A stretch of 64,000 nucleotides of DNA, taken from the IMG/VR virus record IMGVR_UViG_3300032074_000001, one strand, 5' to 3'. Source of the DNA: a virus (Duplodnaviria; Heunggongvirae; Uroviricota; Caudoviricetes). Position numbers and translations under genes: made by a program. Of this stretch, positions 18,322-28,260 are shown piece by piece. Below the pieces are notes generated by a model. The model searched no databases, was not told the origin of the DNA, and saw only the letters and a list, made by a program, of their open reading frames with translations. Within the stretch, counting starts at the first letter, position 1. Every line of letters starts with the position of its first letter.

Positions 18322-20157
18322 ATGACGGTGCAGCGGCGCGACGAGCAGGACATCTCCTTCATTGATGATGTCCCCGAGTCTGGACAGGTCACCCGATTCA
18401 GCCCCATTGAGGAGCTGGGCGTCACCGGCATCAAGCGAGCCGGTGGCTACGTCGATGAGGAGTTCCTGCCTGCCCTGCGTGGTCGCAAGGCCATCCAGGT
18501 CTTCAAGGAGATGTCGCAGAACGACTCCATCGTGGGTGCTCTGCTGTTCGCCATCGACAAGCTGGTCCGAGAGGTGGAGTGGAAGGTCGTCCCGGCTGAG
18601 CAGACCGACGAGGGTCAGCAGGCTGCTGACTTCCTGGAGTCCTGCAAGGACGACATGTCCCACTCCTGGGACGACTTCATCGGTGAGGTGCTCTCCATGC
18701 TCACCTACGGGTGGAGCTGGCACGAGATCGTCTACAAGAAGCGCGTCGGACCCTGGGAGACGGACGGGGCCAAGAAGTCCAAGTACGACGACGGGAAGAT
18801 CGGCTGGCGCAAGATGCCGATCCGTTCCCAGGAGACCATGCTGCGCTGGGTCTTCGATGAGAACGGCGGGATCAAGGCGCTAGTCCAGCTGGCACCCCCG
18901 CACTACAAGACCGCAGTGATCCCCATCGAGAAGTCGCTGCTGTTCCGGACCAACTTGAACAAGGGCAACCCGGAGGGCTACAGCCTGCTCCGCAACGCCT
19001 ACCGCTCCTGGTACTTCAAGAAGCGCCTGGAAGAGTTCGAAGCCATCGGTGTGGAGCGCGACCTGGCCGGTATGCCGGTGGCTCGGGTGCCTGCGGACTA
19101 CCTGAACGCGCCCAAGGGCTCCAAGCAGGCCAAGACCGTCGAGGCGTTCCGCAGGATGGTCCGTGGCGTACGGCGGGATGAGAACGAGGGCCTGGTTCTC
19201 CCGACCCAGTACGACGCCGAGACCAAGCAGCCGCTCTTCGACTTTGAGCTGATGAGCAGCGGTGGCAGCCGTCAGTTCGACACCACCGGGATCATCCAGC
19301 GTTACGAGCAGCGCATCTTGATGAGCGTCCTCGCGGACTTCATCCTGGTCGGTCACGAGGGCGTGGGGTCCTACTCCATGCACACCGACAAGACCGGCAT
19401 CTTCCGCGCTGCCCTCAACGCGATCACCAAGGCCATCGCGGACACCCTGAACCGGCACGCGGTGCCCCGTCTGTTCGCGGTGAACGGCTGGAAGCTCAAC
19501 GAGCTGCCCAAGTTCGAACCCACCAACATCGACCCGCCCGACCTCCAGCAGCTCGCTGCCTTCATCACCTCCACGGCTGGTGCCGGTATGCAGTGGTTCC
19601 CGGACCCGGACCTGGAGAAGTTCCTGCGCGACATCGCTCGGCTCCCGGAGATGACCGACGAGGCGGTGGACTACAAGCGCGAGATGCTGATGCAGCAGCA
19701 GAACATGGAGTTCGCCCAGGGTCAGATGGAGATGCTCGGACTGCGGCAGAAGGCTCAGCTCACTGCCCAGGGCTACTCGCCCGAGCAGGCGCAGATGGCC
19801 TCGGAGCAGCCCACGGCGGACATGCAGGTCCAGCAGGCCACTGGTGAGCAGGATGCTGAGCTGGCTCGGCGCAAGCACCCGGTGGGTCAGCAGGACATGG
19901 CCATGCAAGAGCAGCAGATGCAGATGCAGAACCAGCCGCCTCCCGAGGACCCGAACGAGGGTCCGCGCCACGAGCGCGAGAAGGAGAAGCTGGCTCTCCA
20001 GGACAAGACCGAGGAGAATCGCTTCAAGCGTGACAAGGAGAAGATGACTCTCCAGGAGCGACTCGCAGACCAGCAGCACAAGCGCCAGTTGGAGCAGTTG
20101 AAGCAGCGGGGCAAGGATTCCAACCGGAAGCCCCCGCAGAGAAGGGGTCGGTCATGA
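18322..20157 (+). CDS. Portal protein
   Basis: 611 aa directly after terminase; Gln/Glu/Lys-rich C-terminal tail typical of portals. Confidence 0.75.
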   Translation: MTVQRRDEQDISFIDDVPESGQVTRFSPIEELGVTGIKRAGGYVDEEFLPALRGRKAIQVFKEMSQNDSIVGALLFAIDKLVREVEWKVVPAEQTDEGQQAADFLESCKDDMSHSWDDFIGEVLSMLTYGWSWHEIVYKKRVGPWETDGAKKSKYDDGKIGWRKMPIRSQETMLRWVFDENGGIKALVQLAPPHYKTAVIPIEKSLLFRTNLNKGNPEGYSLLRNAYRSWYFKKRLEEFEAIGVERDLAGMPVARVPADYLNAPKGSKQAKTVEAFRRMVRGVRRDENEGLVLPTQYDAETKQPLFDFELMSSGGSRQFDTTGIIQRYEQRILMSVLADFILVGHEGVGSYSMHTDKTGIFRAALNAITKAIADTLNRHAVPRLFAVNGWKLNELPKFEPTNIDPPDLQQLAAFITSTAGAGMQWFPDPDLEKFLRDIARLPEMTDEAVDYKREMLMQQQNMEFAQGQMEMLGLRQKAQLTAQGYSPEQAQMASEQPTADMQVQQATGEQDAELARRKHPVGQQDMAMQEQQMQMQNQPPPEDPNEGPRHEREKEKLALQDKTEENRFKRDKEKMTLQERLADQQHKRQLEQLKQRGKDSNRKPPQRRGRS

Positions 20158-20567
20158 TCAGTGCCTTCGGGGTGGACCACGACGGCGTGGTCAGCAAGCG
20201 GCAGCGCGACCCTGACCGCGAGAACAAGGCGTTCGGTAGCGCTGGGAAGACCGCCGTGGTGGTCGGTGGCACTGCGGCTGCGGTGATGGGTCGTCGGCGT
20301 GCCAACGCGGTTGGCTTCAGCGTGGGTGAGCGCATGGCCAACCGGGCTCGGTGGTCTGCTGATCGTGCCCAGACCATGCCTGGTGCTCTGCGCAGGGGTC
20401 GCCTGAAGTACGCAGGCAAGCTGGATGCTGCCGCCAAGAAGGGTCCGCTGAAGAACCAGGACGTGCGAGAGTGGACGGGCCGCACGGTGGTGGGCGGTAC
20501 CGCTGGCACCGTTGCCGGTAGTGCGGTCTACGGACGCAAGAAGCTGACCCCCAAGGAGAACCGCTGA
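20154..20567 (+). CDS. SAFGV-motif basic protein (family member 1)
   Basis: ATGA overlap with portal stop; MISAFGVDHDGVVSK...; Gly/Ala/Arg/Lys-rich, low-complexity. Confidence 0.6.
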   Translation: MISAFGVDHDGVVSKRQRDPDRENKAFGSAGKTAVVVGGTAAAVMGRRRANAVGFSVGERMANRARWSADRAQTMPGALRRGRLKYAGKLDAAAKKGPLKNQDVREWTGRTVVGGTAGTVAGSAVYGRKKLTPKENR

Positions 20568-23500
20568 TGACCAAGCGCATGGTCCGGCTGGCTGAGAAGA
20601 CGGTAGCGCCGGTCGTGACCGGTGCCGCTGGTGCGGTGATCGCCAACCAGTTCCCGCAGTCCAAGGGCACCCTGAAGCCGGTCCACATCCCGGAGAAGAA
20701 TGTCGGGACCAAGAAGAAGGGCAACCGGCATCAGAAGCGCAACCGGGGCAAGTTCGCCTCGGTGGTGAAGTCTGCCGACCCGCTGTTCAACCACGAGGCT
20801 GCCCAGCAGGTCTACGACCTGGTGATGAAGTGCGACACCAACGAAGAGGCGGCGATGTTCGCCTACTTCACCATGGCCGAGATCCTGGAGAACGACATCG
20901 AGGCCAACCAGCGCACGCTCCAGCGGCACCTGAACGACGTGGTTCACAAGCGCATCGAGATGGTCAAGAAGGCTCTGGTCACCTCGGTGGCCAAGACCGA
21001 TGACGCCGAGGCGGTGGAGTTCGCCCGTGCGGTGGTCGAGATCGAGAAGGCTTGGAAGAACCCGTACGACACTGGTGCGTACCACTTCGAAGAGCAGGAC
21101 TTCCGACGCGACCCCTCCACTGGTCGGTTCCAGATCAAGATCGCGGCTACCGAGAACAAGAAGCCGCTGAACGACAAGCAGGCCACGAACCTCGGGATCG
21201 ATGTCGGTAGCAAGCGCTACACGAACCTGTCCCCGGCTGAGCAGGCTCAGTACCAGCACGAGTACATGCAGGTCGCCAACTTCCTCAACGTGGTCTCGCA
21301 GTCTGGCAACCTCGGTGACCACGACGTGATCCTCCAGGTGAAGAACAAGGCCAACGGTCAGCAGCACTGGAAGCCGGTGGTCGGCAAGCCGAAGCCCGAC
21401 AAGGACTGGGACCCGAAGACCGAGCGCATCGTTGGTGCGGTGGCTCGACCCACCGGGCTCACCCTGGCCGGTGCTTCCTACGGTCTGGTCGGTGGTCTCT
21501 CTGGTCAGACCATGGGCACCATCAACCGAACCGATAAGAACTTCGGCTCGTTCTCCGAAGGCTGGGCTGACGCCAATGGTGACGCCTACAACCCGAACCA
21601 GCGTCTCTACAACCGGGTCAAGACCGGTGCCGACTTCGTGTCCACGGTGGCTCCCGACAACGCCTACAAGGTGCAGGTCGCTGCTCGCCTTGCCTCTGCG
21701 GTGGGTGAGCACGGTCCGCAGGCCGAGAAGGTGTTCGGTCCCGCTGCTCGCAAGACGGCGTACCGATACCGGGGTGTGGAGAAGAAGCCCGACGCTCAGG
21801 TGCTCCGGGACTACCAGATCACCCTGGGGCGTGCTCAGCAGCCCGCCATCCCGGAGGCTGACCGCAAGGCGCTGAACACCCGGATGAAGCGCGCCGAGAC
21901 CGCTGCGCGCAACAAGAAGGCCAGCGACACCAAGACTCCGGTGGAGGCTGTCCGACTCACGGCTGACGAGATCAACGCTGCTCGCAGGCCGATCCTGGAC
22001 AAGTTCCGTCGTGACCACCCGGCCACTCCGGACCCGGAGGCTCGCCAGGCTGCCATCAGCGTGCTGCGCGATCACCTGGTGGACCAGGAGCGTGCTCCCA
22101 GCCGGGACCGCTACAAGCTCCAGCTGGAGTCCGGTGGCACTCCTCCGTCCGAGGGCTTCCTGCTCGACAAGGAAGGCAACATCGTCACCCAGGCAGTGGG
22201 CTACGGCGATGACCACTACCTGCCGTTCAACCTGCGGCACCTGGCCAAGCTTCGGGGTGGCGAGTACATCCGGTCCCGCTCGGTGGGTGGTCCGACCAGC
22301 GAGGACATCTACACCGGTCTGATGGCCGGGGCCAAGCGCGTCACGGTGGTCTCCCGGTCTGGCACGTTCACCGTGGACTTCAAGGACGACTTCACTGGCA
22401 AGCGTCGGTACAACGACAAGGCCAAGCGGATGGTGGGCCGCTACGAGAAGCTGCTCGACACCGTGCAGTCCGAGACGCTGGAGCGCCCGGTCAAGCTGAG
22501 CCAGGACATCCGCTCTCGCTTCGCACGCGAGGTTGCGGAGGAGTACCCTGGCCTGTCCCTGCGGGACCGTCGCACCATGCTGAAGCAGCGCGAGGAGGAG
22601 TACCGAGGCAACCTCAGTGGTGAGCGCGAGGACTTCCAGCTGTACGCAGCCGAGCGTGCCGACTCACTGACCGACGAGCGCGAGAAGCGTGCGTTCATGG
22701 GTCAGATGATGAACGACTGGGACGCGCACAACGAGTACCTGTACCGGCTCAACGGTCAGGGCTACGCGGACGCGCTGAAGGCTCTCCAGGAGCAGTTCCC
22801 GTACTACATCCAGTCCGAGTGGCACGCGACTCGGGAGTTGGAGCGCAAGGCTGAGCCCGAGATCGACCGGGGCTACGTGGAGCCCGGTCGGAACCGGCCC
22901 ACGGCTGCCAACGCTGGCTGGCACGGTACGTCGGTCAACCGGGGCACCGGGTTCATCTCGGCCTCGCAGACCAACTACCAGCGCGGCAAGTACGGGGCTG
23001 CGTCCGACAGGCCGATCAGTCAGCGGGCTGAGGCTGCTCCGCGTCCTGCCGAGCCGACCTCGGAGGCGCGTGCCACCGAGAAGGGCAAGCTCACTCCGGT
23101 GGAGGAGCCCAAGGTCTCGGAGGAGAAGGTCCAGGAGATCGAGAGCAAGGCCCAGGACACCTTTGCGAACGCCGCCACTGGGCTGGTCAAGGCTCTCCAG
23201 GAGCACGTCAACATCCCGCCCGAGGTGATCCGTACCTCCGATGGCAGGCCGGGTACCTTCCCGATCCTGGGGGAGACCGACGAGACCAAGATCCGGGAGT
23301 TCTTCAAGGACAAGTCCAACGTCCGGCGTGCCGATGAGGTCTTCGCCAACATGCAGATGACCGGGGCGGACACGCCCAAGGCGGTCCTGGATGCGCAGGA
23401 GGCGTACAAGCGGGCCGCTGGTCAGTTGGGCCGGGTGAGCTACGACCCAAAACTCGCGTTCACCAGGAAGGGAGCCCCCTTCCTGTTCCCGCAAGCGCCC

Positions 23501-24262
23501 TACCTTCCCGGAGCAGATCCAACTCTGGCTGAGGCTGAGGCGCAGCGGATCGCTGGACGAACCTTCCCGGTGAGCGCATCTGGCACGTCCCTGGCCGACA
23601 TGACCGACGAAGACCTCAACACTGAGATCGACGTGCTGATGCGGGTCAAGGATGGGCTGGACCGCATCCGAGACATCAAGGACCCCGCCGAGAAGCTGAA
23701 GGCTCTGCGTGAGTTGGGCGTGGACACCGACATCAAGGGTGTCACCCAGATCGTGGAGGGTGAGCGGATCGGCGGGCACGCCAAGGATGTGCAGCGGATG
23801 CGTGCGCTGAACCTCAACCGAGGCACTCGCTCGGCTGGCGCGCTCACCATGCCTGCGCATGTCCAGCGCCTTCCTGCCCGTACCGAGCAGGAGACGCTCA
23901 CCATCAAGCAGCAGGCGGCTCGGCACGTCCAGAACTTGGAGGAGGCTGCGGCACGTCTGGAGGAGTCTGCTGACCCGCAGCGTCAGCGTGCCGGTGGTGC
24001 TCTGCGTCTGGCGGCTTCACAGTGGAAGAAGAAGTCCCAGCAGGCCGAGATCGACCGGGGTGACTTCGACTCGCTCTACGACTCCCACCGACCCCAGCAC
24101 GACCTGGCGGTCAAGATCCTGATGAACCGGGCCGAGGAGAGCGACATCGAGGACTTCCTGCGGGAGTATGACGCAGACGCCTACAACCCGCAGTCCAGCA
24201 TCCACGGGCACGATGACGACGACTACGGTCCGCCTCTCCGTCAGGAGCGCCCTAAGCGATGA
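20567..24262 (+). CDS. Large head-associated (internal/ejection?) protein, 1231 aa
   Basis: ATGA overlaps with flanking genes; between portal and MuF-like gene; charged, helix-rich. Confidence 0.65.
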   Translation: MTKRMVRLAEKTVAPVVTGAAGAVIANQFPQSKGTLKPVHIPEKNVGTKKKGNRHQKRNRGKFASVVKSADPLFNHEAAQQVYDLVMKCDTNEEAAMFAYFTMAEILENDIEANQRTLQRHLNDVVHKRIEMVKKALVTSVAKTDDAEAVEFARAVVEIEKAWKNPYDTGAYHFEEQDFRRDPSTGRFQIKIAATENKKPLNDKQATNLGIDVGSKRYTNLSPAEQAQYQHEYMQVANFLNVVSQSGNLGDHDVILQVKNKANGQQHWKPVVGKPKPDKDWDPKTERIVGAVARPTGLTLAGASYGLVGGLSGQTMGTINRTDKNFGSFSEGWADANGDAYNPNQRLYNRVKTGADFVSTVAPDNAYKVQVAARLASAVGEHGPQAEKVFGPAARKTAYRYRGVEKKPDAQVLRDYQITLGRAQQPAIPEADRKALNTRMKRAETAARNKKASDTKTPVEAVRLTADEINAARRPILDKFRRDHPATPDPEARQAAISVLRDHLVDQERAPSRDRYKLQLESGGTPPSEGFLLDKEGNIVTQAVGYGDDHYLPFNLRHLAKLRGGEYIRSRSVGGPTSEDIYTGLMAGAKRVTVVSRSGTFTVDFKDDFTGKRRYNDKAKRMVGRYEKLLDTVQSETLERPVKLSQDIRSRFAREVAEEYPGLSLRDRRTMLKQREEEYRGNLSGEREDFQLYAAERADSLTDEREKRAFMGQMMNDWDAHNEYLYRLNGQGYADALKALQEQFPYYIQSEWHATRELERKAEPEIDRGYVEPGRNRPTAANAGWHGTSVNRGTGFISASQTNYQRGKYGAASDRPISQRAEAAPRPAEPTSEARATEKGKLTPVEEPKVSEEKVQEIESKAQDTFANAATGLVKALQEHVNIPPEVIRTSDGRPGTFPILGETDETKIREFFKDKSNVRRADEVFANMQMTGADTPKAVLDAQEAYKRAAGQLGRVSYDPKLAFTRKGAPFLFPQAPYLPGADPTLAEAEAQRIAGRTFPVSASGTSLADMTDEDLNTEIDVLMRVKDGLDRIRDIKDPAEKLKALRELGVDTDIKGVTQIVEGERIGGHAKDVQRMRALNLNRGTRSAGALTMPAHVQRLPARTEQETLTIKQQAARHVQNLEEAAARLEESADPQRQRAGGALRLAASQWKKKSQQAEIDRGDFDSLYDSHRPQHDLAVKILMNRAEESDIEDFLREYDADAYNPQSSIHGHDDDDYGPPLRQERPKR

Positions 24263-26454
24263 CCCAGCTTCAGAACGAGGCCAGCCCGCAGATCGCGCTG
24301 TTCCACGGTCTGCAACTAGCCCCTGTTGAAGTAGCTGCGCTCACTGCCGCCAACGCCTCCGCTGATCCAGAGGAGTCCTGGCGGGAGGCGCTGCTTGCCT
24401 TCCGGGTGTTCACCATCCGGCGAGCGCGGGAGGAACTGCTCAACCAGACGTTGGTCAACGACACCATCATCCGGCGCACCCTGGATGCCATCTGGACGCA
24501 GTTCTCTCCCGCGTTCCGCAAGGCCACCGGGCCGATGATCGCGGAGGCGTACCTGCGTGCCTTCCGGGCGGTGGAGGAGGGCAACGTCCCGGTGCAGCTG
24601 ATCTACTCCCTGGCCGACGAGCACGCTGATCGGGTCGGGAAGTACTTCAACGAGACCTCCACCGATGCGCTGATCCAGGGCTTCAACACCTACGTGAACC
24701 GCCAGGTGCCGCAGCGGGTTGCCATCGAGCGGGTGATCGACGCCTACGGGCTCACTCCTCGGCAGATGTCGGGCTTCACCTCGGCTGCTGCGTTGAGTCC
24801 GATGAAGATGGAGACGGCTGCCCCGCAGACCCTGAAGGCCAAGGTCAAGCAGTACATCGCCAAGTCCATCGCGGATCGACTCGGTGTCTTCAAGCGCCAG
24901 GAGGCACACAACCTCGACCAGCAGGCCCAGCAGGTTGCCTGGCTGTGGCTGGTGCAGAACCACCGACTGCCCGAGACTGCGCAGAAGATGTGGCTCACCG
25001 CGAACGACGAGAAGGTCTGCAAGCAGTGCGGGCCGATGCACCGCAAGAAGATCGCGGTCACCGACAAGTTCCGGCTGCCCAACGGCAACGAGCTGTTCAC
25101 TCCCGGTGCTCACGTCAACTGCCGCTGTGAGGTCCGGCTCCAGGTCAACCCCTTCCAGGTGGTCCAGAAGGACGCCCTGTCTGGTCATGACCTGCTCGAC
25201 TTCAACCGCGAGCACCCGCGTGGCAACGGTGGCCGGTTCGCACCCAAGCGTCAGGGTGAGCACCCGCAGCGTCCGGAGGTCCGGGAGGCTGTCGCTCCCA
25301 GTCCTGCGATGGAGGAGATGCTCCGCGATGTCCAGCGTCTCCGTGAGGAGCGTCTGGCCGAGCCGGTGATCGAGGAGGCTCCTGCCAAGCCCACGTTGCA
25401 GCTCGGCGCTGCCAAGCCGCAGTTGAACATCGGGGCAGCCAAGCCCAGTCTTCGGGTGCCCGAGCCGACTCCGGAGCCGGTGGTTGCGGAGCCGGTGACC
25501 AAGCCGAGCCTGTCCATCACCCCGCCTGCTCCCGCACCGGAGCCCGCCAAGCCCAGCCTGGTGATCGGTACGCCCAAGCCCTCCCTGGAGCTGCACAAGC
25601 CGACCCTGGAGATCGACTACGCGGGTCTGGTCAGCGACCAGGCTGAGCGTCAGTCCGCGCAGCAGGTCCATGATCTGGAGGAGGTCATCTACCGACCCAC
25701 TCGCCGGATCACCGACCGCTACGGCAACGCGGCCACTGGCTACTTCGTCGCGGATGCCGGTCACTTGAACGCCCACAACGACACGGCGTTCTTGTCCGAC
25801 AACGACCGCATCGAACTGCACTCTCAGTCCCGACTGACTCAGGTGGTCGCTCGGGAGCTGGCTCACGAGTTGGACGAGTCGATGATCGACGCTCGTGACT
25901 CCATCGTCTCGGACTACGCCACCTCGTACGACCCGAACTCTGACGAGGTGGTGGTGCAGCTCAACGATCAGTTCATGGTGGGTGAAGACGACGAAGATCA
26001 GCTTGATGTCTACGCCGAGATCTCCATCTCCGATGTAGACGGACTGATGGAGGAGGCGCTGTGGAACAAGTCCGAGTACGGCACTCGCGCCCAGGTCGCT
26101 GAGGCTGGGGGCTACCGACTGAGCTGGTACGACGAAGACGGTGTTCTGGTCCGCGAGGACGATGTGTCCCCGGTCGAGGTGATGCAGTACCTCGGCCTGG
26201 ACCCGGATGCGTACCGACCGGTGGTCTACAAGATCGAGGAAGGCTACGACAGCGCCTACCTGGAAGACTCCGAGATGCACATCTGGAAGGCACCGGGTAC
26301 CTACACGGCAGTGAACCACCAGTACCGGATCGCGCATGTGGAGGACCGGGACATCCCGTATCTGGAGGTCACCCTGCGGCCTCAGGTCAGTGACCAGACC
26401 GTGCTCCAGCCCACCACTTACCTGACCCGGCGCGAAGACTTCCCGCCCGCCTGA
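24259..26454 (+). CDS. MuF-like (SPP1 gp7 family) minor head protein with long C-terminal extension
   Basis: ...KFRLPNGNELFTPGAHVNCRCEVRLQVNP matches the Phage_Mu_F H-x-NCRC signature; Pro-rich repeats then about 300-aa C-terminal domain. Confidence 0.7.
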   Translation: MTQLQNEASPQIALFHGLQLAPVEVAALTAANASADPEESWREALLAFRVFTIRRAREELLNQTLVNDTIIRRTLDAIWTQFSPAFRKATGPMIAEAYLRAFRAVEEGNVPVQLIYSLADEHADRVGKYFNETSTDALIQGFNTYVNRQVPQRVAIERVIDAYGLTPRQMSGFTSAAALSPMKMETAAPQTLKAKVKQYIAKSIADRLGVFKRQEAHNLDQQAQQVAWLWLVQNHRLPETAQKMWLTANDEKVCKQCGPMHRKKIAVTDKFRLPNGNELFTPGAHVNCRCEVRLQVNPFQVVQKDALSGHDLLDFNREHPRGNGGRFAPKRQGEHPQRPEVREAVAPSPAMEEMLRDVQRLREERLAEPVIEEAPAKPTLQLGAAKPQLNIGAAKPSLRVPEPTPEPVVAEPVTKPSLSITPPAPAPEPAKPSLVIGTPKPSLELHKPTLEIDYAGLVSDQAERQSAQQVHDLEEVIYRPTRRITDRYGNAATGYFVADAGHLNAHNDTAFLSDNDRIELHSQSRLTQVVARELAHELDESMIDARDSIVSDYATSYDPNSDEVVVQLNDQFMVGEDDEDQLDVYAEISISDVDGLMEEALWNKSEYGTRAQVAEAGGYRLSWYDEDGVLVREDDVSPVEVMQYLGLDPDAYRPVVYKIEEGYDSAYLEDSEMHIWKAPGTYTAVNHQYRIAHVEDRDIPYLEVTLRPQVSDQTVLQPTTYLTRREDFPPA

Positions 26455-26480
26455 CAAGACACAGTGAGGACCATAGAGAC

Positions 26481-27455
26481 ATGAGCGATGAGATCCTGAG
26501 GGAAGTGGCCTCCCTGCTCTTTGGCGACGGGTCGGACGAGATCGTCTCCAAGCTCGCTCCCACCGCCGAGCAGAAGGACCGCCGCAAGCGTGCCCTCACC
26601 GCTGGGCTCAGTGGCGTCGGTGCTACTGCTGGCGCTGCCGGTCTGGGTCTGGCTGGCTCCGAGCTGTACCACGGGCGCAAGGCTGCCATCGCTGCTGGTG
26701 CTGCCAAGCCGCTTCGGACTGCGGTGAAGAGCAAGAAGTTCGCCACCGCTCTGGTTCCCCTGGAGGTGGCTGGGCTCGGTGGTGAGCTGATGGCGACCAA
26801 GATCCTGCACGGGGACACCAAGAAGAAGGTCGTCCGGTTCGACCGGGACGTGAGCAAGTCCGAGCCTGGCTCCAGTGATCTGCACATCCCGACCACCGGC
26901 AAGCTGAAGCGCATGGCTGCGGACAAGGCCATCAGGGAGGGTCGCAAGCGAGCGCCCACCCTGAAGCGCGGTGCGCTGAAGGTGCTCAACCAGACCCCGA
27001 AGCTGGACGCCAAGGTCGAGCAGCACGGCAAGAAGGTCTCCAAGTCGATCACCTGGGAGGGCGAGATCTCCAAGGTGAACGCCGACAAGCGCCAGGTCTT
27101 CGGCTGGGCCTCCATCGTGGAGATGGACGGTGAGCCGGTGGTGGACCTCCAGGGTGACTACATCGACATCGATGAGATCGAGAAGTCGGCGTACGACTAC
27201 GTGGTCAAGTCCCGCAAGGGTGGCGAGATGCACCGTCGCAACGGCGATGCACCGGTCCATGTCTCGGACATGATCGAGTCCCTGGTGGTCACTCCGGAGA
27301 AGAAGGCAGCCCTGGGTCTTCCCGAGGACACACCCACTGGTTGGTGGGTGGGCTACCAGATCAACGATGATGAAGCCTGGAACCTGGTGAAGAGCGGCAA
27401 GCGCACCGGGTTCAGCATCCATGGCCGAGGCCAGCGCACCCAGACGGAGATCTGA
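26481..27455 (+). CDS. Prohead (capsid maturation) protease, XkdF-like
   Basis: C-terminal RQVFGWASIVEMDGEPVVD...TGFSIHGRGQ resembles XkdF/S78-type phage proteases; N-terminus LLFGDGSDEIVSK is a degenerate SAFGV motif. Confidence 0.6.
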   Translation: MSDEILREVASLLFGDGSDEIVSKLAPTAEQKDRRKRALTAGLSGVGATAGAAGLGLAGSELYHGRKAAIAAGAAKPLRTAVKSKKFATALVPLEVAGLGGELMATKILHGDTKKKVVRFDRDVSKSEPGSSDLHIPTTGKLKRMAADKAIREGRKRAPTLKRGALKVLNQTPKLDAKVEQHGKKVSKSITWEGEISKVNADKRQVFGWASIVEMDGEPVVDLQGDYIDIDEIEKSAYDYVVKSRKGGEMHRRNGDAPVHVSDMIESLVVTPEKKAALGLPEDTPTGWWVGYQINDDEAWNLVKSGKRTGFSIHGRGQRTQTEI

Positions 27456-28189
27456 TGAGTACTTCTGCTTTCGGCGTTGACCACGGAGACGAGTTCTCCA
27501 AGGCTGAGGAAGACCACCGTCGTCGGAACACGGCCATCGGTGCGGGGGCTGGCGCTGGTGGTGCGGCCCTGGTGGCGACCCAGACGCACATGCCTGAGCA
27601 CTCCCACTACTCGCGGAGCACTCGCAAGTACATCAACTCGCTGCCCGCTGGTGTCCACGAGGTAGACACCAAGATGCTGGCCAAGCGTCCGCGCAAGCTG
27701 GGTGCCCGCAAGCAGCAGGCTCCCTACGTGGCTGCGATGGCGCAGGAGCGTCCGACTCCGTACTCCCCGGTGCCGATCACTCGGTACAAGGACGGAGTGA
27801 TCCAGCGGGACAACGCGCACTCGGTGATGGCGAACGCGATGAAGGGCCGCAAGACCCTGATCCACGTCGAGGACGCCGAGGGCTACCGGCCCTCTCGTCG
27901 TACCGGTGAAGAGCTGGGTCGCCGCGCTCAGATGCGGTACCAGCAGCACCGACTGAAGCAGCACATGAACCTGTCCGACAAGCAGATCGACTCGATCAAG
28001 GCCAAGTACAAGACCGCCTCGCGAGCCGCCAACACCGCCAAGCGTCCACACGGCGTGGTGGAGGAGGGCTTCAAGGTGGCCCAGCATCCATTCGGCGTGA
28101 AGCGAGCACTCGGCTTCGTCAAGAAGGACGGACACGATGCCGACCCTTTTGGGCTGAGGTCGGGAAAGCCGACCGCGACCACGACGTAG
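27455..28189 (+). CDS. SAFGV-motif basic protein (family member 2)
   Basis: MSTSAFGVDHGDEFSK...; 244 aa Arg/Lys/Ala/Gly-rich. Confidence 0.6.
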   Translation: MSTSAFGVDHGDEFSKAEEDHRRRNTAIGAGAGAGGAALVATQTHMPEHSHYSRSTRKYINSLPAGVHEVDTKMLAKRPRKLGARKQQAPYVAAMAQERPTPYSPVPITRYKDGVIQRDNAHSVMANAMKGRKTLIHVEDAEGYRPSRRTGEELGRRAQMRYQQHRLKQHMNLSDKQIDSIKAKYKTASRAANTAKRPHGVVEEGFKVAQHPFGVKRALGFVKKDGHDADPFGLRSGKPTATTT

Positions 28190-28260
28190 CAGCCGGTGCC
28201 ACTGGCGCTGCTGGCGTTGGCGTCCTGGCCTCCACTCCGGTTCGGCGCTCCTCGGCCAAG

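Noticed and set aside
20528-23926. 570-aa and 420-aa - strand ORFs
   Set aside because: Antisense to the 1231-aa head protein; no RBS or overlap logic, low-complexity translation
24316-26457. 713-aa ORF on - strand
   Set aside because: Antisense to the MuF-like gene (NCRC motif on + strand)
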